From the NCBI GenBank assembly GCA_029907515.1, contig JARYLT010000002.1, positions 14,343 to 78,342 of the forward strand: 64,000 nt of DNA, given 5' to 3'. The notes beneath the pieces are model-generated. The model saw nothing but the letters and a program-made list of their open reading frames with translations, was not told the DNA's origin and made no database searches. The position numbers and the translations under genes were made by a program. The stretch is from Spirochaetota bacterium. Lineage in GTDB: Bacteria > Spirochaetota > UBA4802 > UB4802. Positions 62,265-64,000 of the stretch are shown in pieces (the first letter of the stretch is position 1; each line of letters starts with the position of its first letter).

Positions 62265-63705
62265 TTCCATTACTGTGTAATTTGATAAGGGATTGTATTA
62301 CCAATTGACGGGCTTTTTTTATCTGCATTTCATCATGAACTATATTTGGATTAAGCACACCATCATAGACATCCAGGATACAGTATTGTGCCCCTTGTGG
62401 AAACTTCTGTATACAATCATATACAAGCTTTTTGGGTGTTTGTTTCAATGCAGTAGCAATAGTAAACCACCCACAATCAAACAGTATATAATACATCATC
62501 TGAGGATGAATATATTTTTTTAAAAGTTGGTTAAATGGCATTGCGTACAGCTTATTGATATGTGACATGTTTTTTAGGTAAAGCTGGACTATTGTATACT
62601 GTGACAGGATTGTGTGGTCATATGTATATTTGTTTTTTAAGTATACAGCTATACTGTTTATTCGCCGTGAAGATAGATACCGGGATAGTTGATTGAAAAG
62701 CTTTTCATTATCATTAAAAGCTGTGGCGATAGTTACATCATCGCAATGTGATAAAATCGTATATAGTAATCCAGATTGTTCTATTTCAGAAAACCAGGTT
62801 TCAAATGTTTTTTTCTGAAATGTTGATACAATAGCAATATGATGAAGAATGTTGGTAATCTGATCAATAAAATTCCCAAATACAAAAAATGGTTTTGTTC
62901 TTAATTTTAAATAAAGAATTTCTTCAAAGGCATATATTCCTTCAATCATGTCTCGTGCTGTTATATGATGTATAGTTTTCCCAACATGAAGAATATCTGA
63001 TATCAGGTTACTTGAAATATTGTATTTAATTTTTAATGCATGCTGTGGAAATGCCCGTGTTAGCAAATACAGATGGTAAGGAGTGAGTATCTTTTCATTC
63101 AATAAAAAGTATATCAATTTTTGGAATTCATTATTTTCCATAGTTTCAAGGATTATTGGCAAAGAGGGGAACAGGTTGTAGGGGTCATTGAAAAATTGTA
63201 AAAATTGTGCCTCAATATCATTCAATGAATTGTATGGTGTATAATTGCTAACTTTTACTCTAAATATTGTGAATAATTCTAGAGGCATATATATGGTAAA
63301 ATAATCATCGACCAGGTGTGGAGTTTTACAGCGAATATATGCACTAAAAAAAATATGTACACTATCATATAGTGTATGTTCAAGTGGTTCATTAAAAGCA
63401 AAGGTAGCCTGTAAGTTGTTTTTTGATAATAAACTTAAACGCAATGCAATACTGGAAATGTTTTGTTGAATATAATCTTTTATAACTTTGAAGATATCTT
63501 CAGAATCGGTTGTAATGATTACTGGATACTGTTTTGAGGATTGTTTCGTTAATAGTATTTCTGCATAGTATTTCTTTACAATTCTTTTTCCAGCCTGCCA
63601 TGGTGATAATGCTATCCCTTCGCACACGCCTTCTCTTGAAACAAAATGATCAAGACCATACAATAAACTGTAAAAAAGCAGGTGTGATGCGGTATTATAA
63701 AACAT
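62245..63705 (-). CDS. Hypothetical protein, 486 aa, no recognisable domain
   Basis: Long uninterrupted ORF, F/Y/L/I/N-rich, no signal peptide or TM. Immediately downstream (minus strand) of a PP2C phosphatase gene. Confidence 0.4.
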   Translation of the reverse strand: MFYNTASHLLFYSLLYGLDHFVSREGVCEGIALSPWQAGKRIVKKYYAEILLTKQSSKQYPVIITTDSEDIFKVIKDYIQQNISSIALRLSLLSKNNLQATFAFNEPLEHTLYDSVHIFFSAYIRCKTPHLVDDYFTIYMPLELFTIFRVKVSNYTPYNSLNDIEAQFLQFFNDPYNLFPSLPIILETMENNEFQKLIYFLLNEKILTPYHLYLLTRAFPQHALKIKYNISSNLISDILHVGKTIHHITARDMIEGIYAFEEILYLKLRTKPFFVFGNFIDQITNILHHIAIVSTFQKKTFETWFSEIEQSGLLYTILSHCDDVTIATAFNDNEKLFNQLSRYLSSRRINSIAVYLKNKYTYDHTILSQYTIVQLYLKNMSHINKLYAMPFNQLLKKYIHPQMMYYILFDCGWFTIATALKQTPKKLVYDCIQKFPQGAQYCILDVYDGVLNPNIVHDEMQIKKARQLVIQSLIKLHSNGTIHCEV

Positions 63706-63722
63706 TGCTGTAATAGTTAAAA

Positions 63723-64000
63723 TTATGAAAAATCAATGAACATAAAGGCAACATCGTCTTTTCGGTCATGAAGTGGAGAGAAGTGGTCAAGAGTCTGCAA
63801 AAGATGCTCACAAAAATCATCAGGTTTTTCATTGTGTTGTTTCAAAAATTTTGCCAATCTTTGTTCACCAAATTCCTCTTTATTATCATTTTTTATTTCA
63901 GTTATTCCATCAGTATAGAGTATGCACCTGTCACCTTGTTCAAAATGGATTGTTTTTTGTTCATAAAGTGATTCATCCTGGATACCTAAAAATAGACCAT
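63723..64000 (-). CDS. PP2C-type (SpoIIE/RsbU-like) serine phosphatase, C-terminal fragment truncated by the window edge
   Basis: Hand-translated minus frame, open to nt 64000: ...GIQDESLYEQKTIHFEQGDRCILYTDGITEIKNDNKEEFGEQRLAKFL...DDVAFMFIDFS*. The LYTDG(I/V)TE...G..FG..RL...DD(I/V) stretch is the PP2C C-terminal signature. Confidence 0.55.
   Translation of the reverse strand, partial: GLFLGIQDESLYEQKTIHFEQGDRCILYTDGITEIKNDNKEEFGEQRLAKFLKQHNEKPDDFCEHLLQTLDHFSPLHDRKDDVAFMFIDFS

Noticed and set aside
63768-63971. 67 aa plus-strand ORF at the window end
   Set aside because: It is the antisense shadow of the minus-strand PP2C phosphatase fragment, whose translation carries a clear family signature.

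Overview
This is a 64 kb chromosomal window from an AT-rich bacterium, roughly 35% GC by eye. The taxon cannot be assigned from sequence alone; the dnaA-dnaN-recF-DUF721-DUF370-gyrB-gyrA order and the many HEAT, TPR and FecR-like envelope proteins would fit a spirochaete-like or other deep-branching Gram-negative lineage. The right end spans the chromosomal replication origin. A 300 bp AT-rich, DnaA-box-bearing intergenic stretch (61708-62006) lies upstream of dnaA. A second DnaA-box cluster sits in the dnaA-dnaN spacer, and the conserved origin gene string is all on the minus strand. The rest is mostly housekeeping: leuS, purD, radA, guaB, pyrB-pyrC, nadE, surE, hisD, coaE and manC. There are two fatty-acid modules. 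At the left edge, SCP2-acyl-CoA synthetase-thiolase-START sit in one orientation. Further right, a FadD-like ligase is convergent with a FadH-like dienoyl-CoA reductase. Envelope-related genes include DsbD, an MlaD/MCE protein, Slt, HEAT-repeat lipoproteins, a FecR-like protein, a tandem LEA_2 lipoprotein, a SPOR protein, an OMP beta-barrel and a CsgG/LpoB-like lipoprotein. I found no rRNA or tRNA genes, no CRISPR array, and no transposase, integrase or phage genes. No canonical defence system is recognisable. The most unusual items are below. (1) The left-edge lipid module, whose acyl-CoA synthetase carries a ~60 aa basic insertion. (2) A PtsN-like EIIA gene immediately upstream of a ClC-CBS channel. 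(3) A CsgG-like lipoprotein with a CC-motif tail next to DsbD and a YkgJ Cys-cluster protein. (4) A minus-strand envelope operon of membrane protein, Slt, FecR-like and HEAT lipoprotein, the last two overlapping by 32 nt. (5) A CDP-alcohol phosphatidyltransferase fused to a degenerate N-terminal domain. (6) An orphan DUF115/Maf-like protein. (7) A 486 aa unknown protein next to a truncated PP2C phosphatase gene at the window edge. All functional calls rest on motif recognition in the supplied translations. I could run no database search.
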